From Bdellovibrionales bacterium (GTDB lineage: Bacteria > Bdellovibrionota > Bdellovibrionia > Bdellovibrionales > UBA1609), in contig JBFWON010000005.1 in the NCBI GenBank assembly GCA_050250515.1, forward strand, positions 968 to 64,967: a stretch of DNA of 64,000 nt, given 5' to 3'. The position numbers and the translations under genes were made by a program. Positions within the stretch are counted from its first letter, which is position 1. Each line of letters opens with the position of its first letter. Below are positions 38,109 to 49,100 of this stretch, piece after piece. A model generated the notes under the pieces. That model did not search any database and was not told the DNA's origin. It worked only from the letters and a program-made list of their open reading frames with translations.

Positions 38109-38247
38109 CGTTATACCTTGATCCCCGCGACGGCATCATCGAAAGCGGTATTTTGGATACCGAGCTTTTGGCTCTGCGAACTGGTCCCGCGCGGACTGGA
38201 ATGGATCAAAAGAATTCTTTGAATATAATTTCTCGCTTTCGTTGTGA

Positions 38248-38628
38248 TTAGTTATTGATGTTTCGAGCGTTTAACTTTCGACGAGCCCAGTATGAAGCGG
38301 CCAGGATTCCCGCAAAAATAACTGGAGCCATAAACTTGTCAGGTCCATCTCCCCTTGAGACGTGGGCGGTGAAAGCTGAGATGAGCGTGATGAAAAATCC
38401 GGCGTAGGCCCATTCTTTTAGCAGAGCCGGAAAGGGCGCCAAGAGAACTACAACTCCCGCAAATTTGAACAGCGCAAGTTCGATCCTAAAATAGGACGGA
38501 AACCCAAGGTGTACAAAACTCTGTTGTGCGTCAGGACTCGTGAGGTACAGAACGGCCGAGAGGGCCATCACTGACGTGAACAAGCCCGTCGCGGCCCAGA
38601 AAGTTAACTTGATGTATTTTGAACTCAT
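38248..38628 (-). CDS. DoxX-like membrane protein
   Basis: 126 aa with four TM helices. It is divergent from an HxlR-type regulator, which is the usual pairing. Confidence 0.6.
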   Translation of the reverse strand: MSSKYIKLTFWAATGLFTSVMALSAVLYLTSPDAQQSFVHLGFPSYFRIELALFKFAGVVVLLAPFPALLKEWAYAGFFITLISAFTAHVSRGDGPDKFMAPVIFAGILAASYWARRKLNARNINN

Positions 38629-38821
38629 AAAGCCCTCCTCAGTTTTTTGGTTTTTTAGCGTGAGGCTGCTAGGCCAGCGAAGCCTTCAAAACCCCACGCT
38701 ATGGAACCCACTCTTAATTCGTGTTATGATGCAAGTGTGGGTTCTGTACCTAATATTAGTTTGCTATTGAAACGAACGTAAGAAGGCAGAATTTTATAAC
38801 TCAGTCAGGTTGGGAGTACCT

Positions 38822-39229
38822 ATGAAAAAGCCCAAGCAAAATAAGGATTTTCCAATAGTCCTCGCTTGTCAGACCGAAGAGGCTATCGCCACCCGTGATT
38901 TTTTAAGTCGCATCGCCGACAAGTGGAGTGTTCTGATTGTCCTTGTATTGTCTCAACAGCCAAATCATCGCGCTCGATTTTCCGATCTCAAAAATGGAAT
39001 TTCAGGGATTTCTCAAACGATGCTGACATCGACCCTGAGGGCACTTGAACGCGATGGGATTGTCGAACGGGAGTTATTTCCCGAGGTTCCTCCTCGGGTG
39101 GAGTATGAACTCACGAAATGCGGGTTGAGCGTTCTTGAGCCGATGAATGCGCTGGTCAACTGGGTCAACAAAAACTGGAGCACCGTGAAACGGTCGCGCG
39201 AGGCGTTCGATGTTCGAAGGAAGGGCTAA
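38822..39229 (+). CDS. HxlR-family winged-helix transcriptional regulator
   Basis: IADKWSVLIVLVL...RFSDLKNGISGISQTMLTSTLRALERDGIVERELFPEVPPRVEYELT is the HxlR signature. Start taken at ATG 38822. Confidence 0.8.
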   Translation: MKKPKQNKDFPIVLACQTEEAIATRDFLSRIADKWSVLIVLVLSQQPNHRARFSDLKNGISGISQTMLTSTLRALERDGIVERELFPEVPPRVEYELTKCGLSVLEPMNALVNWVNKNWSTVKRSREAFDVRRKG

Positions 39230-39295
39230 TAGTTTTGCAAGGCGCTTCTGGACGAACGGGTCTCGGACGCCTATGATTTCTGGATGGAGGACCGC

Positions 39296-39769
39296 ATGAG
39301 CATTCATCAATTCACGGCCAAAGATATTTCCGGAAGGGAGATATCCCTCGGTGCCTACAAGGGCAAATACATGTTGATCGTTAATGTCGCGAGCAAATGC
39401 GGATTTACGCCTCAGTATAAGGGACTTGAAACTATGTTCCGCGAACTAAAGAATGATCTTGTCGTCCTTGGATTTCCCTGCAATCAATTTGGCGCGCAAG
39501 AGCCTGGGGACGAAAATGAAATCAAAGACTTTTGCTCTCTCAGTTACGACATTACATTTCCGATGTTCGCGAAGGTCGATGTGAATGGTCAGAACACGCA
39601 TCCGATTTACAAATTTCTCAAAGGTGAAAAGCCCGGATTATTGGGCACAGAAGCGATCAAATGGAACTTCACTAAATTCTTGGTAGACCGCGATGGAAAT
39701 GTGGTTAAACGGTATGCTCCGAATGATCCGCCCGAAAAGATATCAGACGAGATAAAGTGCTTAAGATAG
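39296..39769 (+). CDS. glutathione peroxidase (BtuE-like, Cys type)
   Basis: LIVNVASKCGFTPQYKGLE...LGFPCNQFGAQEPG...IKWNFTKFLVDRDG. Start at ATG 39296. Confidence 0.88.
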   Translation: MSIHQFTAKDISGREISLGAYKGKYMLIVNVASKCGFTPQYKGLETMFRELKNDLVVLGFPCNQFGAQEPGDENEIKDFCSLSYDITFPMFAKVDVNGQNTHPIYKFLKGEKPGLLGTEAIKWNFTKFLVDRDGNVVKRYAPNDPPEKISDEIKCLR

Positions 39770-39847
39770 GCGTTCGTCTCCGAAAGCGTACGGACGCGAA
39801 TGCAACGGAAGTTGGGCTTAGAGCGATATCACTCCATTCCTTTAAAG

Positions 39848-40765
39848 TCAGAATTTGATTGCCAGGACCGGAAGCTCGGAATGTATTACAGTGTCGCTCA
39901 AACAGCTTCCAATCAGGAGGTCGGCAAAGGAAGTCATTCGACGAAACCCTAAAACGATAATAGTATGCGAACTTTCCCAAGCGGATAACGATTGAAAAAT
40001 CGAACGCAGTTCGGTGTCCAGAACACCTTCGCACTCCACTCCCTGTGCCCTTATTTTTTCAACTCCAAGATGCAGAGCTTCTGAAGCCTGACTTTCCATT
40101 GCGCGAAAGGTGTCTTCGAATATCAAGGGTGTCATCCCGACGGTCATGATGGATTCCTCGAAATTTCGATATTCATGCCATACATTGTGAAGTAGCGTAA
40201 TCTTCGCGCCGCTCAACTGAGCGAATTTCAATGCTCTTGCCTCGACCGTGATGCTCGATTCACCCAAATCAGTCGCCACCAGCAAGTTTATCTTTTCGCC
40301 CCGAGGGCTCTTATCCTTCCATCTCTCTGCCGTTTTGGGGCCGAGCAAGAGAACAGGCCTCTCCGATTTGGCCATCAGATCCTCAGCAGTCGACTGATGA
40401 TAGAATCTATTCACCCACGACTGCTCCCTGATTGCCAGTACGTAAGCCTCGATTTCAGATTCAGCATTGTTTTCAATGTCCAACATCTTTTCGACAAAAT
40501 TCTCATGACAGACGCTAAACAGCCACCCATGGTTGACCGACATCTCGATGAGCCGATTCAAATGACGGATTGAGGTCCTTGAGTTGGTATTCGATTGACC
40601 ACCACCCAAATCATTAGCACTAAAGCAAAGATGTATCTGCGCATGGCTCGCCGACGAAAGATATTTTGCCAAGTTTGCTAATGCCGTTCGGCGCACCTCG
40701 CCTTCTGCAGCTTCGTCTAACAAATCGATTCCCACTACAAATTCAGTTTTATTAGTGCCCCTCAT
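39848..40765 (-). CDS. tandem universal stress protein (UspA-domain x2)
   Basis: 305 aa. It has two USP halves, and the second ends ...IIVLGFRRMTSFADLLIGSCLSDTVIHSELPVLAIKF. Confidence 0.7.
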   Translation of the reverse strand: MRGTNKTEFVVGIDLLDEAAEGEVRRTALANLAKYLSSASHAQIHLCFSANDLGGGQSNTNSRTSIRHLNRLIEMSVNHGWLFSVCHENFVEKMLDIENNAESEIEAYVLAIREQSWVNRFYHQSTAEDLMAKSERPVLLLGPKTAERWKDKSPRGEKINLLVATDLGESSITVEARALKFAQLSGAKITLLHNVWHEYRNFEESIMTVGMTPLIFEDTFRAMESQASEALHLGVEKIRAQGVECEGVLDTELRSIFQSLSAWESSHTIIVLGFRRMTSFADLLIGSCLSDTVIHSELPVLAIKF

Positions 40766-40783
40766 TCTACACCTCGGTTTGAT

Positions 40784-41287
40784 CTAGAAATAAAATTTAA
40801 CTTTCATGCCCGATCCCAAATAGTAGTTTGCTTCGCGTACACTATTGTTCATGGAGGCTACAACGCCACTGTCGAGAAAAACGAGTTCATAAATGACCCT
40901 AAGACGATCTTCGAACGTCGCCATCTCAAGTCCAGCATGTAATCCGAGCCGCAAGCCTGTTTGCTCGTAGTAATTCGGCGCTGGATATTTTGCTTGATCG
41001 GAAACAAAAAAGTTATCCCGATCGGCTGCATAGAGACTAAGTATTCCAATGCGAATGGGCGCTAAAGAGAAGCTTGTAAAATTCATTCTAAAAGGCAGGT
41101 ACCCGTATAAAAAATTGATTTGGACTCCGTGCCCTCCGTCGATTGAAAATTCGCCAAGTGATATTTCAAATTGGTGAGATGGGTGAGGGTCATATCCAAT
41201 CCCACCAAACAAGGCGCCCTGGAAGCCGGCGCTCCCAGCAATCAACGACCAACCAGCGCTCGCTGAGATTGGGGCCAATAGAAGCAC
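40784..41287 (-). CDS. small outer-membrane beta-barrel-like protein
   Basis: 167 aa. Gly/aromatic-rich alternating strands. The C-terminus is ...GMKVKFYF. The GTG start is 2 nt after the upstream stop. Confidence 0.45.
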   Translation of the reverse strand: MLLLAPISASAGWSLIAGSAGFQGALFGGIGYDPHPSHQFEISLGEFSIDGGHGVQINFLYGYLPFRMNFTSFSLAPIRIGILSLYAADRDNFFVSDQAKYPAPNYYEQTGLRLGLHAGLEMATFEDRLRVIYELVFLDSGVVASMNNSVREANYYLGSGMKVKFYF

Positions 41288-41289
41288 GA

Positions 41290-42147
41290 TTAAAAAAATG
41301 TTGAGGACTTGAACTTGGCTGATTGAGAGCCTCCAATACCCTTGCGGAATACTTTGAAACCTTCCAGGTCAATCTCAAACAAGGACCAATTGTTCCCCTC
41401 TACGCGCGGACACTGGACGAGGAGGGTACCCTCCGCGTTGCTCCGAAAATCGTGATTGTGATAGTGACCATAAATCGACGAAAAAACTTTGGGATCTTTG
41501 AGCAAATTCATCAACTGGACCTGTTCATGCATTTCAAATCTCTCTACGTCATCGAGAGAAATGTGGGAGAAGATGATGACCGGTTTTGAGGACTCGGCAA
41601 CGCTCTTTCGAAGCCATCCGACGTCAAAATTTATCTCGTCTTCGAGATTCGCTGAATTCCAAAAAACGAATCGGATATGTTCACTCTCAAAGTAGAAATC
41701 TGCCGGACCAAAAGCCTTTTTAAATAAAGCGCGACCTGCGCCCAGGGCGTCGTGGTTTCCGATAACGGTTAGCGTGGGATATTTTAGTTTGGAGTTTTTC
41801 TCGAGAAATTGATCATATTCGACATTGTATCCAGAGTTGGTGAAATCCCCTAAATTTACAACAAAGTCGACGTCTTTAACCTTGTTTATTTCTCCTATGA
41901 CATTGTCTAGGTCCTTGTAATTTTGGTGAGAGTCGGCGAGTAGCGCAATGCGAATAAGTCCATCATTTTCTATCGGGCCAACTCTGCTTTGATTGAGAAT
42001 ATTTAGATTTCTTTCTGGCCTTATCAAAGTGTCCGAAAAGGGAGAATCTCGAAACGGATAACATCCCAGTTCCACAAAAATAAGGAAGAAGGGGAGGAAT
42101 TTAAAAGGAGTGAATCGCATCCTGCTTAACCTTTTGTAAGTAAGCAT
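41290..42147 (-). CDS. calcineurin-like metallophosphoesterase
   Basis: 285 aa. Motifs LADSHQ, LGDFTNSG, GNHD, FSHISL and GHYHNH. Confidence 0.75.
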   Translation of the reverse strand: MLTYKRLSRMRFTPFKFLPFFLIFVELGCYPFRDSPFSDTLIRPERNLNILNQSRVGPIENDGLIRIALLADSHQNYKDLDNVIGEINKVKDVDFVVNLGDFTNSGYNVEYDQFLEKNSKLKYPTLTVIGNHDALGAGRALFKKAFGPADFYFESEHIRFVFWNSANLEDEINFDVGWLRKSVAESSKPVIIFSHISLDDVERFEMHEQVQLMNLLKDPKVFSSIYGHYHNHDFRSNAEGTLLVQCPRVEGNNWSLFEIDLEGFKVFRKGIGGSQSAKFKSSTFF

Positions 42148-42210
42148 TTACTTACTTTTAAATCATAATTGAGGCTAGATGGTAATGTCAACCGACGGGG
42201 GTTTCGTTCC

Positions 42211-42849
42211 TTATTTCATATATTTGGACAAAAGGCCCTCGACGGTGGCCTCAACTATCTGCTCGATCTGCTTCGCGTATAGGTCAGCTCGCACTTGCAG
42301 CGCTGTTTGCGCTACAAAGATCGCCGACAATGACTGAAGAGGAATCAACATTAATACCCCAGTTGAAAGACCGTTAGGCACTAGATGTTTTTTTCTGAGT
42401 TTTTCGATTCGTTCAATAATCCGCGAGTCTCCCTTGGTTGGCAAAATCTCCGATATTTTTCTTCTTAACTTCGAATCGGCCGTGGAGCGGCCGAGTAAAA
42501 TTTGATATAGCTCCAAATTCTTTTGCATATCTCCAATCACTGACCTCACCGCTAAAATAAGCTCATCCTTTAAATTGTCTTGCGGTACGTAGGGCAGGGG
42601 CTCGCCTCGTTTCTTCTCCACGAACCGTTTTACTAATTCCAAAAGTAGGTTTTCCTTGCCACCAAAATATCTAATGATCAAAGACTCGTTGATTCCGGCT
42701 TCCGTCGAAATTTGTTTAGTAGTGGTTCCATCGAAACCATTTTGACTGAAAAGTTTTAGGGCGCTCTCCAATAGCTTTTGTTCAGTTGCGATTCGGCGTG
42801 ACTGGGGGCCTTTAACGGCTGAATGTGTTTTCGACGGACGCCGCGGCAT
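42211..42849 (-). CDS. TetR/AcrR-family transcriptional regulator
   Basis: The HTH is LLESALKLFSQNGFDGTTTKQISTEAGINESLIIRYFGGKENLL. ATG 42849 follows AGGGGG. The track start GTG 42855 is also possible. Confidence 0.85.
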   Translation of the reverse strand: MPRRPSKTHSAVKGPQSRRIATEQKLLESALKLFSQNGFDGTTTKQISTEAGINESLIIRYFGGKENLLLELVKRFVEKKRGEPLPYVPQDNLKDELILAVRSVIGDMQKNLELYQILLGRSTADSKLRRKISEILPTKGDSRIIERIEKLRKKHLVPNGLSTGVLMLIPLQSLSAIFVAQTALQVRADLYAKQIEQIVEATVEGLLSKYMK

Positions 42850-42930
42850 CAGCACCCCCTATTGTGACATCAATTAAATAGCAGCTTCAGCCGCCTGAGT
42901 AAAATAATATCAGCGAATGCATATAGGTAA

Positions 42931-43881
42931 TCAAAAAGAGGCCTTGGCAGCAAGTTCCACTCCTCCCGCATCGGATATGGCCAATGATTCCTTAGATGAG
43001 TCGTTAAGCGAGCGGCCGAGAATTGCACGGCGAGCAAAAGCATAGGAATATCCCAGGGACAACTGGGCGTCGTTTGATAAGAGAATTTTCAGCCCTGTGG
43101 TGGATACTGTTGAATCCATGATCAATCTTTCGTCCGTGGACAAAACAACCCTCTCATAGGATTTAGGGCTCCAGCTGATTCTAGAGAAAAATTGCACCAG
43201 CTTACTGCTTTGAATTCCGCCTTCAGCAGATGCCCCAAAAGGAGATGCAAATAAGTTTGTGAGAAAAAGGTGAGAGCGCCAGGAAAACGAAAGGAAGGGT
43301 AGTCCTAAGACCCAAACAGAATTTCGCGAGCGCCTGAGATAGGCGACGCCGGGGATGGGAATATTGTTTAGCAACGCGCGATTGTTAGAATAGTTTATAA
43401 AATAAATCCAGGATGAAGCAGCTGTCTTGCTTTCGTAACTGAAATTCGCACTAAGTATTCCTCTGTGTCGCGAATCAAGTAACCTTACCCCCGAATGGCC
43501 GTAAGAGCCCGAAAGCGTATACATATCTCCCGATAGGGATTCTCGAGATGCAACTAACCCAAAAGCTGCGGATCCAAATTCTTCGGGAATAGATGAGCCA
43601 TGAGACGGAAAATAGATCGGGTCGCTGAGCCGGAGCATCTGTCCCTTTCCCGTAAGCGCCAGCGAAATTCGTTCTGCCTTCCAAATTGGAGCGACTAAAG
43701 AGCCTTCAATTTTCTCAATGTTGGGTGAGCTTGAAAACCTTCCGTAGTCGATGCCCACTTTGAAACGATCACTGCCCTGGAGGAAGGACATGTCCTGTGC
43801 TTGAACAGAAAATTGGCAAATTACCAGAAGCAACAAGGCTAAAAACCAGATTTTTCTGCAGCATATATTGCTCGTAACCAT
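42931..43881 (-). CDS. outer-membrane protein, hypothetical (beta-barrel-like)
   Basis: 316 aa. Signal peptide ...LLLLVICQFSVQAQ. Ser/Gly/aromatic-rich strands. C-terminal ...ELAAKASF. Confidence 0.5.
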   Translation of the reverse strand: MVTSNICCRKIWFLALLLLVICQFSVQAQDMSFLQGSDRFKVGIDYGRFSSSPNIEKIEGSLVAPIWKAERISLALTGKGQMLRLSDPIYFPSHGSSIPEEFGSAAFGLVASRESLSGDMYTLSGSYGHSGVRLLDSRHRGILSANFSYESKTAASSWIYFINYSNNRALLNNIPIPGVAYLRRSRNSVWVLGLPFLSFSWRSHLFLTNLFASPFGASAEGGIQSSKLVQFFSRISWSPKSYERVVLSTDERLIMDSTVSTTGLKILLSNDAQLSLGYSYAFARRAILGRSLNDSSKESLAISDAGGVELAAKASF

Positions 43882-44008
43882 TTGAATCCTATACGTTTTT
43901 TAATAATTTGTACCCATTTGCTACGAATTTAAATATTTATTTGAAGTCACCAAAATTACGTTTTACTTTGTGGAAGTCGTCAACAACATTTTTTAGACGT
44001 GATTCAAC

Positions 44009-44701
44009 ATGAAACGATCGAAGGCCCCAAGCCTTGCCAAATCAAAAATCCTCCACGACCTGGAATCTCAGGCGCCAGAGACAACCAAGTATCTTCTTTT
44101 GAAGGCGGCAACGAAATTATTTGCCGCCAAAGGTTATGCTGGAACTGTCCTGAAAGATATCGCGGACGAGGCGGACGTAAATATAAGCCTGATCAGCTAT
44201 CACTTCGATGGCAAAGAAGGACTATACAGATCCTGTTTAGATAGGTTCGGAAAGGAGCGGCTTGAGTTGGCCGAGCGAATTCTCCGACCTGCTGAGAATT
44301 ATGAGGAAATCAAGGTCAGGCTGCAAATGTTTATTGAACAAATGCTTTCATGCTTTGTCGACGAACCTGACTTGACCATGATTATTCACCGAGAATGTGA
44401 ACTCGGGCTGCCGGTTGCCAAGGATATATTCGCCACTACTTTTCAAAAAGTTTTCGAATGTTTGGTCGACTTCTTTAAGTCGGCCGTAAAGCGGGGAATT
44501 CTTCGGGGTGATGTCGATCCCTTTATAGCAGCGTCCTTGTTGCTCGGAAGCTTAAATCATCTCGGGCGAATGAATTCACTCAATCAATCTTTGTTTAGCT
44601 TTTCTATAGAGGACGCCGAAACGAGAAGAAAACTTGAGAGCCAAATTCTGCCTGTCTTTTTAGAAGGATTACGGACCGGAAACGAGGGGAAAAATGTTTA
44701 A
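44009..44701 (+). CDS. TetR/AcrR-family transcriptional regulator
   Basis: The HTH is LLKAATKLFAAKGYAGTVLKDIADEADVNISLISYHFDGKEGLY. Confidence 0.85.
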   Translation: MKRSKAPSLAKSKILHDLESQAPETTKYLLLKAATKLFAAKGYAGTVLKDIADEADVNISLISYHFDGKEGLYRSCLDRFGKERLELAERILRPAENYEEIKVRLQMFIEQMLSCFVDEPDLTMIIHRECELGLPVAKDIFATTFQKVFECLVDFFKSAVKRGILRGDVDPFIAASLLLGSLNHLGRMNSLNQSLFSFSIEDAETRRKLESQILPVFLEGLRTGNEGKNV

Positions 44702-46130
44702 ATTATTTAGTCGTAGTTCTATCGTAGTAGTTTTTTTTGGGTACTGCATAAACCTAAATGCTCAAGCAAACGGTAGCCAAATTACACTTGATGAGTATCT
44801 AAGCCAAGTTGCGGGGAAAAACGGAGCCTACAAAGGCGCTGAGATAGGGGAGGAGGCTGCTTCGCTCAGAGAAGAGGAGTGGAGCCTAATCACTTCTCCA
44901 AGCTTGTTTGGAGGTGCTCAGCGCTTTAAAGATGAGCGCGAAGTCTCATCTCCACGGTTTCAAGGCAGCGAAACCACCGTTGACACCTACTCTTTGGGCG
45001 TTAATCAACAAACTAACTTCGGACTGGCCGCGAAATTGTCTTATGTTTATAACGACACAACTATTAAAGGCGCGGATACAACTTTTTTGCCCGATCCCCA
45101 TTTCCTAACGGCGGGACCTTATTTGGAGCTGACCCAGGCGCTCGGGAGAAATGGGTTCGGCGGCGAAATTCGGGCTTCGCAACGCCTTCAAGAAGCCCAA
45201 GCAAAGGCCGCTAAACATCTTTCTGGCTTTAAGCGAACTACCATCGGAGCCGAAGCCGAGTCCCTCTATTGGCGGCTGGCCTTATCGCGCGAAGCACTCG
45301 CGGCGGCTAAACAAAATAAAGAACGCGCGGACCGAATTTTGGGATGGAGCTCAAATCGAGCCAAAATGGAATTAGCCGATCGTGCGGACCTTTTGCAGGC
45401 TGAAGCCGCGCTGTTGTCTCGAACTTTAGAACTTCAAACAGCAACTGACGATGAAAAAGCTGCCTCGAGAGCATTCAATACAATGAGAGGTCTTGAGTCT
45501 GAGTTCGTCTCGGAAACTCTAAGTGGCTTTGATGAGCGAACCTTAAGTACCCTAAAGGTGCCCGAAAAAAAAGGTCTTAGAGGAGATGTCAGAGCCGCAG
45601 AACAGGAGCAGATCGCAGCTCAAGCTAATGCAGAGCTTGCACGCCAGCGTAACAAACCCGTTCTCGATGCATTTGTAAATGTCGGACTAAACGGACGCGA
45701 TACGAAATCCGACGACACTGTTTCTGAATCGTTCACCGACAAACATCCCCACACCACATTTGGAGTGCGTTTCAATATTCCTCTAGACTTAGTCCAATCG
45801 AGCAAGAATCGGGAGGCGTACACTCGCGAGGCCTTAGCTGCTAAAATGAACTATCAACAAAAAGTTTTCGAAGAACAAAGACTATGGCTGGATCTCAACA
45901 AGAAGTTCAACGATGCACGTCAACGCCTCGAGCTAGCCGTCCGAATTGAGGCCGCTCAAAAGAAGAAGCTAGAATACGAACGCAACCGGCATAGCAGAGG
46001 GCGTACCACAACTTATCAAGTTATACTTTTTGAACAAGATTTTTCAGGTGCGCAGCTTGCCCGAATCCGTGCACAGACAGATGTGTTAAATGTATTTGCA
46101 CAACTCAAGACTTTTGGAGGTGGCCGGTGA
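44694..46130 (+). CDS. TolC-family outer-membrane efflux protein
   Basis: 478 aa. Signal peptide. Two OEP repeats with long coiled-coil segments (AEAESLYWRLALSREALAAAKQN...; LDLNKKFNDARQRLELAVRIEAAQKK...). Confidence 0.8.
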   Translation: MFKLFSRSSIVVVFFGYCINLNAQANGSQITLDEYLSQVAGKNGAYKGAEIGEEAASLREEEWSLITSPSLFGGAQRFKDEREVSSPRFQGSETTVDTYSLGVNQQTNFGLAAKLSYVYNDTTIKGADTTFLPDPHFLTAGPYLELTQALGRNGFGGEIRASQRLQEAQAKAAKHLSGFKRTTIGAEAESLYWRLALSREALAAAKQNKERADRILGWSSNRAKMELADRADLLQAEAALLSRTLELQTATDDEKAASRAFNTMRGLESEFVSETLSGFDERTLSTLKVPEKKGLRGDVRAAEQEQIAAQANAELARQRNKPVLDAFVNVGLNGRDTKSDDTVSESFTDKHPHTTFGVRFNIPLDLVQSSKNREAYTREALAAKMNYQQKVFEEQRLWLDLNKKFNDARQRLELAVRIEAAQKKKLEYERNRHSRGRTTTYQVILFEQDFSGAQLARIRAQTDVLNVFAQLKTFGGGR

Positions 46131-49100
46131 GCCCCGCAGATCTTTCTATTAAACGACCAGTTTTCATCACAGCCATAGTCATTATTTTACTCGCACTTGG
46201 CTACCTTTCGCTCAGACGGATGCCCGTTGATCTCTTCCCGAATATCACGTTTCCCATTGTTTCAGTCAGTACGCTTTATCCCGGTGCAGGACCTGAAGAG
46301 GTTGAGACCTTAGTGTCCAAGGTTCTTGAAGAAGAAATGAGCACTATCACTGGTATAAAGACCTTACGTTCAACAAACAGCGAAGGCTCAAGCATGGTCA
46401 TTGCGGAGTTCACGCTTGAAACCGATATAAAATACGCCGAACAGCAGATTAGAGATCGGGTAAGTTCCGCAAAAAGAAAACTTCCTGACGACATCGAAGA
46501 GCCAGTGGTTCGGAGAATTGATCCAGCAGATCAACCCATTGTCATCTTGGCACTTACGGCTGATCTGCCTCCCGCAGAACTCTTCGACCTGGCGGATAAG
46601 AGCATTAAGTCAAAGATCGAACAAGTCAACCAGGTGGGACTGGTTGAAGTGATCGGGGGCCGAGAAAGGGAAATTCACGTTGAACTCGATAGAAAAAAAT
46701 TGAAGTCATACGAGATTTCCGCAACTTCGGTGGTGAATCGGATTGCGGCGGCCGGACAGAATATTCCAGCCGGAAAAGTTGATGAATCAAAAACAGAAAC
46801 TGTCTTTCGCACCCTAGGAGAGTTTAAAACCATAAAGGACATAAGCTCCGTAATCGTAAGCTTCCTCGGAAATGATGTTCCCGTGACCGTGGGCGATGTC
46901 GGCCGAGTGTCCGATACTGTTCAGGATGAAAAATCGCGAGCTTATGTTAACGGCGAGCGCTCCGTTTTTATGATGGTGTTTAGACAGTCTGGAGCGAACA
47001 CTATTGCAGTCGCTGACGCCGTGCGAGCGCGAGTGGATAAGTTAAACTCCGAACTCAAAAACGCCAAAGTTACCCTTGTTCGCGACGGATCAAAGATGAT
47101 CCGAGCTAACGTAGCCGACGTTTATGAAGCCATCATCATCGGTATCATTCTAACGATTATAGTCGTCTACTTCTTCCTCGGTAGCGGCCGCTCGACTTTT
47201 ATCACCGGTTTGGCACTGCCAACTTCCTTGATCGGCGCCTTTTTTCTAATGTCGGTTGCCGGTTTTACAATCAACGTTATGTCTCTCCTGGCTCTAAGCC
47301 TTGCAGTCGGCCTCCTAATCGATGATGCGATCGTTGTACGGGAAAATATTTTTCGTCACACCGAAATGGGCAAAGATCCGATTCGAGCTGCCTCAGAGGG
47401 AACGAAAGAAGTGTTGCTGGCGGTAATTGCCACGACTCTCGCCGTGATAGCGGTATTTGCCCCTATTGGATTTTTGAGCGGTGTTGTGGGTCAATTCTTC
47501 AAAGAATTTGGACTCACAGTCTGTTTCGCCATGGCCATCAGTTTGTTTGACGCCGTAACCAACGCGCCCATGCTTTCCGCCTATTTTGCCGGTACCTCGC
47601 ACGGACCTAAAGATAGTCCTGGTCTTTGGGGAAGAACCGTTGGCCGGCTTGTGGGGCAGTTTGACCGGTTCCAAACGTGGCTTGAAAATCGCTACGAGAA
47701 TGTCCTCCATTGGACCCTCGCGCATCCTTTGATTGTGATTGGCTCGAGCGTTTTAATTTTTGTTTTTAGTCTTTGGACAATTAAATTTATTCCTAAAACC
47801 TTTCTCCCGGCTCAAGACATGGGAGAGTTTTCGGTGTCTCTAGATATGCCTCCCGGTACAAGCATCGGAGCCATGGCTGAGGTGGCCACTGAGGTGGACA
47901 AAACGATGCGAGCCAATGCCGAAGTTGCAGAATCGGTCATGATAGTTGGGGGCCGCACGGGCGAAGCTAATAAAGCACAGTTCTTCGTCAATATGGTTCC
48001 AGCTAGTCAGAGGAAAATTAATACCTCTGACTTCAAAGATAAAATCAGGGAGCAACTCAAGCCGTTTGCGAAAGCGCGTCCAATTGTCAAAGACATCGAT
48101 ATGGTCATGGGAGGGCAAAGACCGTTCAATTTGAATATCATTGGCACTGACCTCGCTGCGATTGAGGACGTTTCCAATCAAATGTTCGAAAGACTGAAGA
48201 AGCATCCTGCTCTAAAGGATGTGGATATTTCGTACCGGCCGGGGAAGCCGGAATTCCAAGTGGTGCCGGATAAGCTACGTGCCGAACGTTTAGGTGTGGC
48301 AACTTTGACCATGGGACAAGAGCTACGAACCCAGGTTGAGGGGACCAAGGCCGCTGTCTTTCGAGAGAAAGGCGAAGAATACGATATCAGGGTCAGACTT
48401 CAAGAAGATCAGCGAAATCTAAAAGCTGCCTTTGAGAGCACATTTGTTCCAAACGTCAACCAGAGCCTCGTCAGATTAAGTAGTGTAGCGAATCCAAATG
48501 AAACTACCGGTCCCGCAAATATCACTCGTCAGGATCGAGGACGTTATATCCAGATCGCCGCTGATATCGCTCCCAAGGGGCCTGGTATGGGTGCAGTAAT
48601 GACGGATATTGAAAAGATATTTTCTGAAGAAATTAAACTTCAGCCGGGAATGCGGTATGCGTTTGTAGGTCAAGCTGAGAACTTTCAAGAACTTGTATCC
48701 AGCATGATTGCAGCGGCCCTCCTAGGCGTTCTTTTTATTTATCTAGTTTTAGCAAGCCTCTATGAATCGTTCGTCACTCCTTTTACCATCATGCTCGTTC
48801 TGCCGCTTGCAGCCTGTGGGGCCTTCTTCGGACTTCTCATCGGCCAAGAGTCGCTCAACATTTTTTCCATGATCGGTTGTATTATGCTACTTGGTGTGGC
48901 GACCAAAAATTCCATCTTGCTAGTGGATTACACCAATCAGCTCGTGGGCGAAGGGATGGGCCACGCGAAAGCCGTTGTTGCTGCGGGAAAAGTTCGTTTA
49001 AGACCAATATTGATGACAACATTTGCCTTAATCGCGGGAATGCTGCCAATCGCAATTGGACTAAACGAGGCATCTAAACAGAGAACCGGAATGGGTGTAG

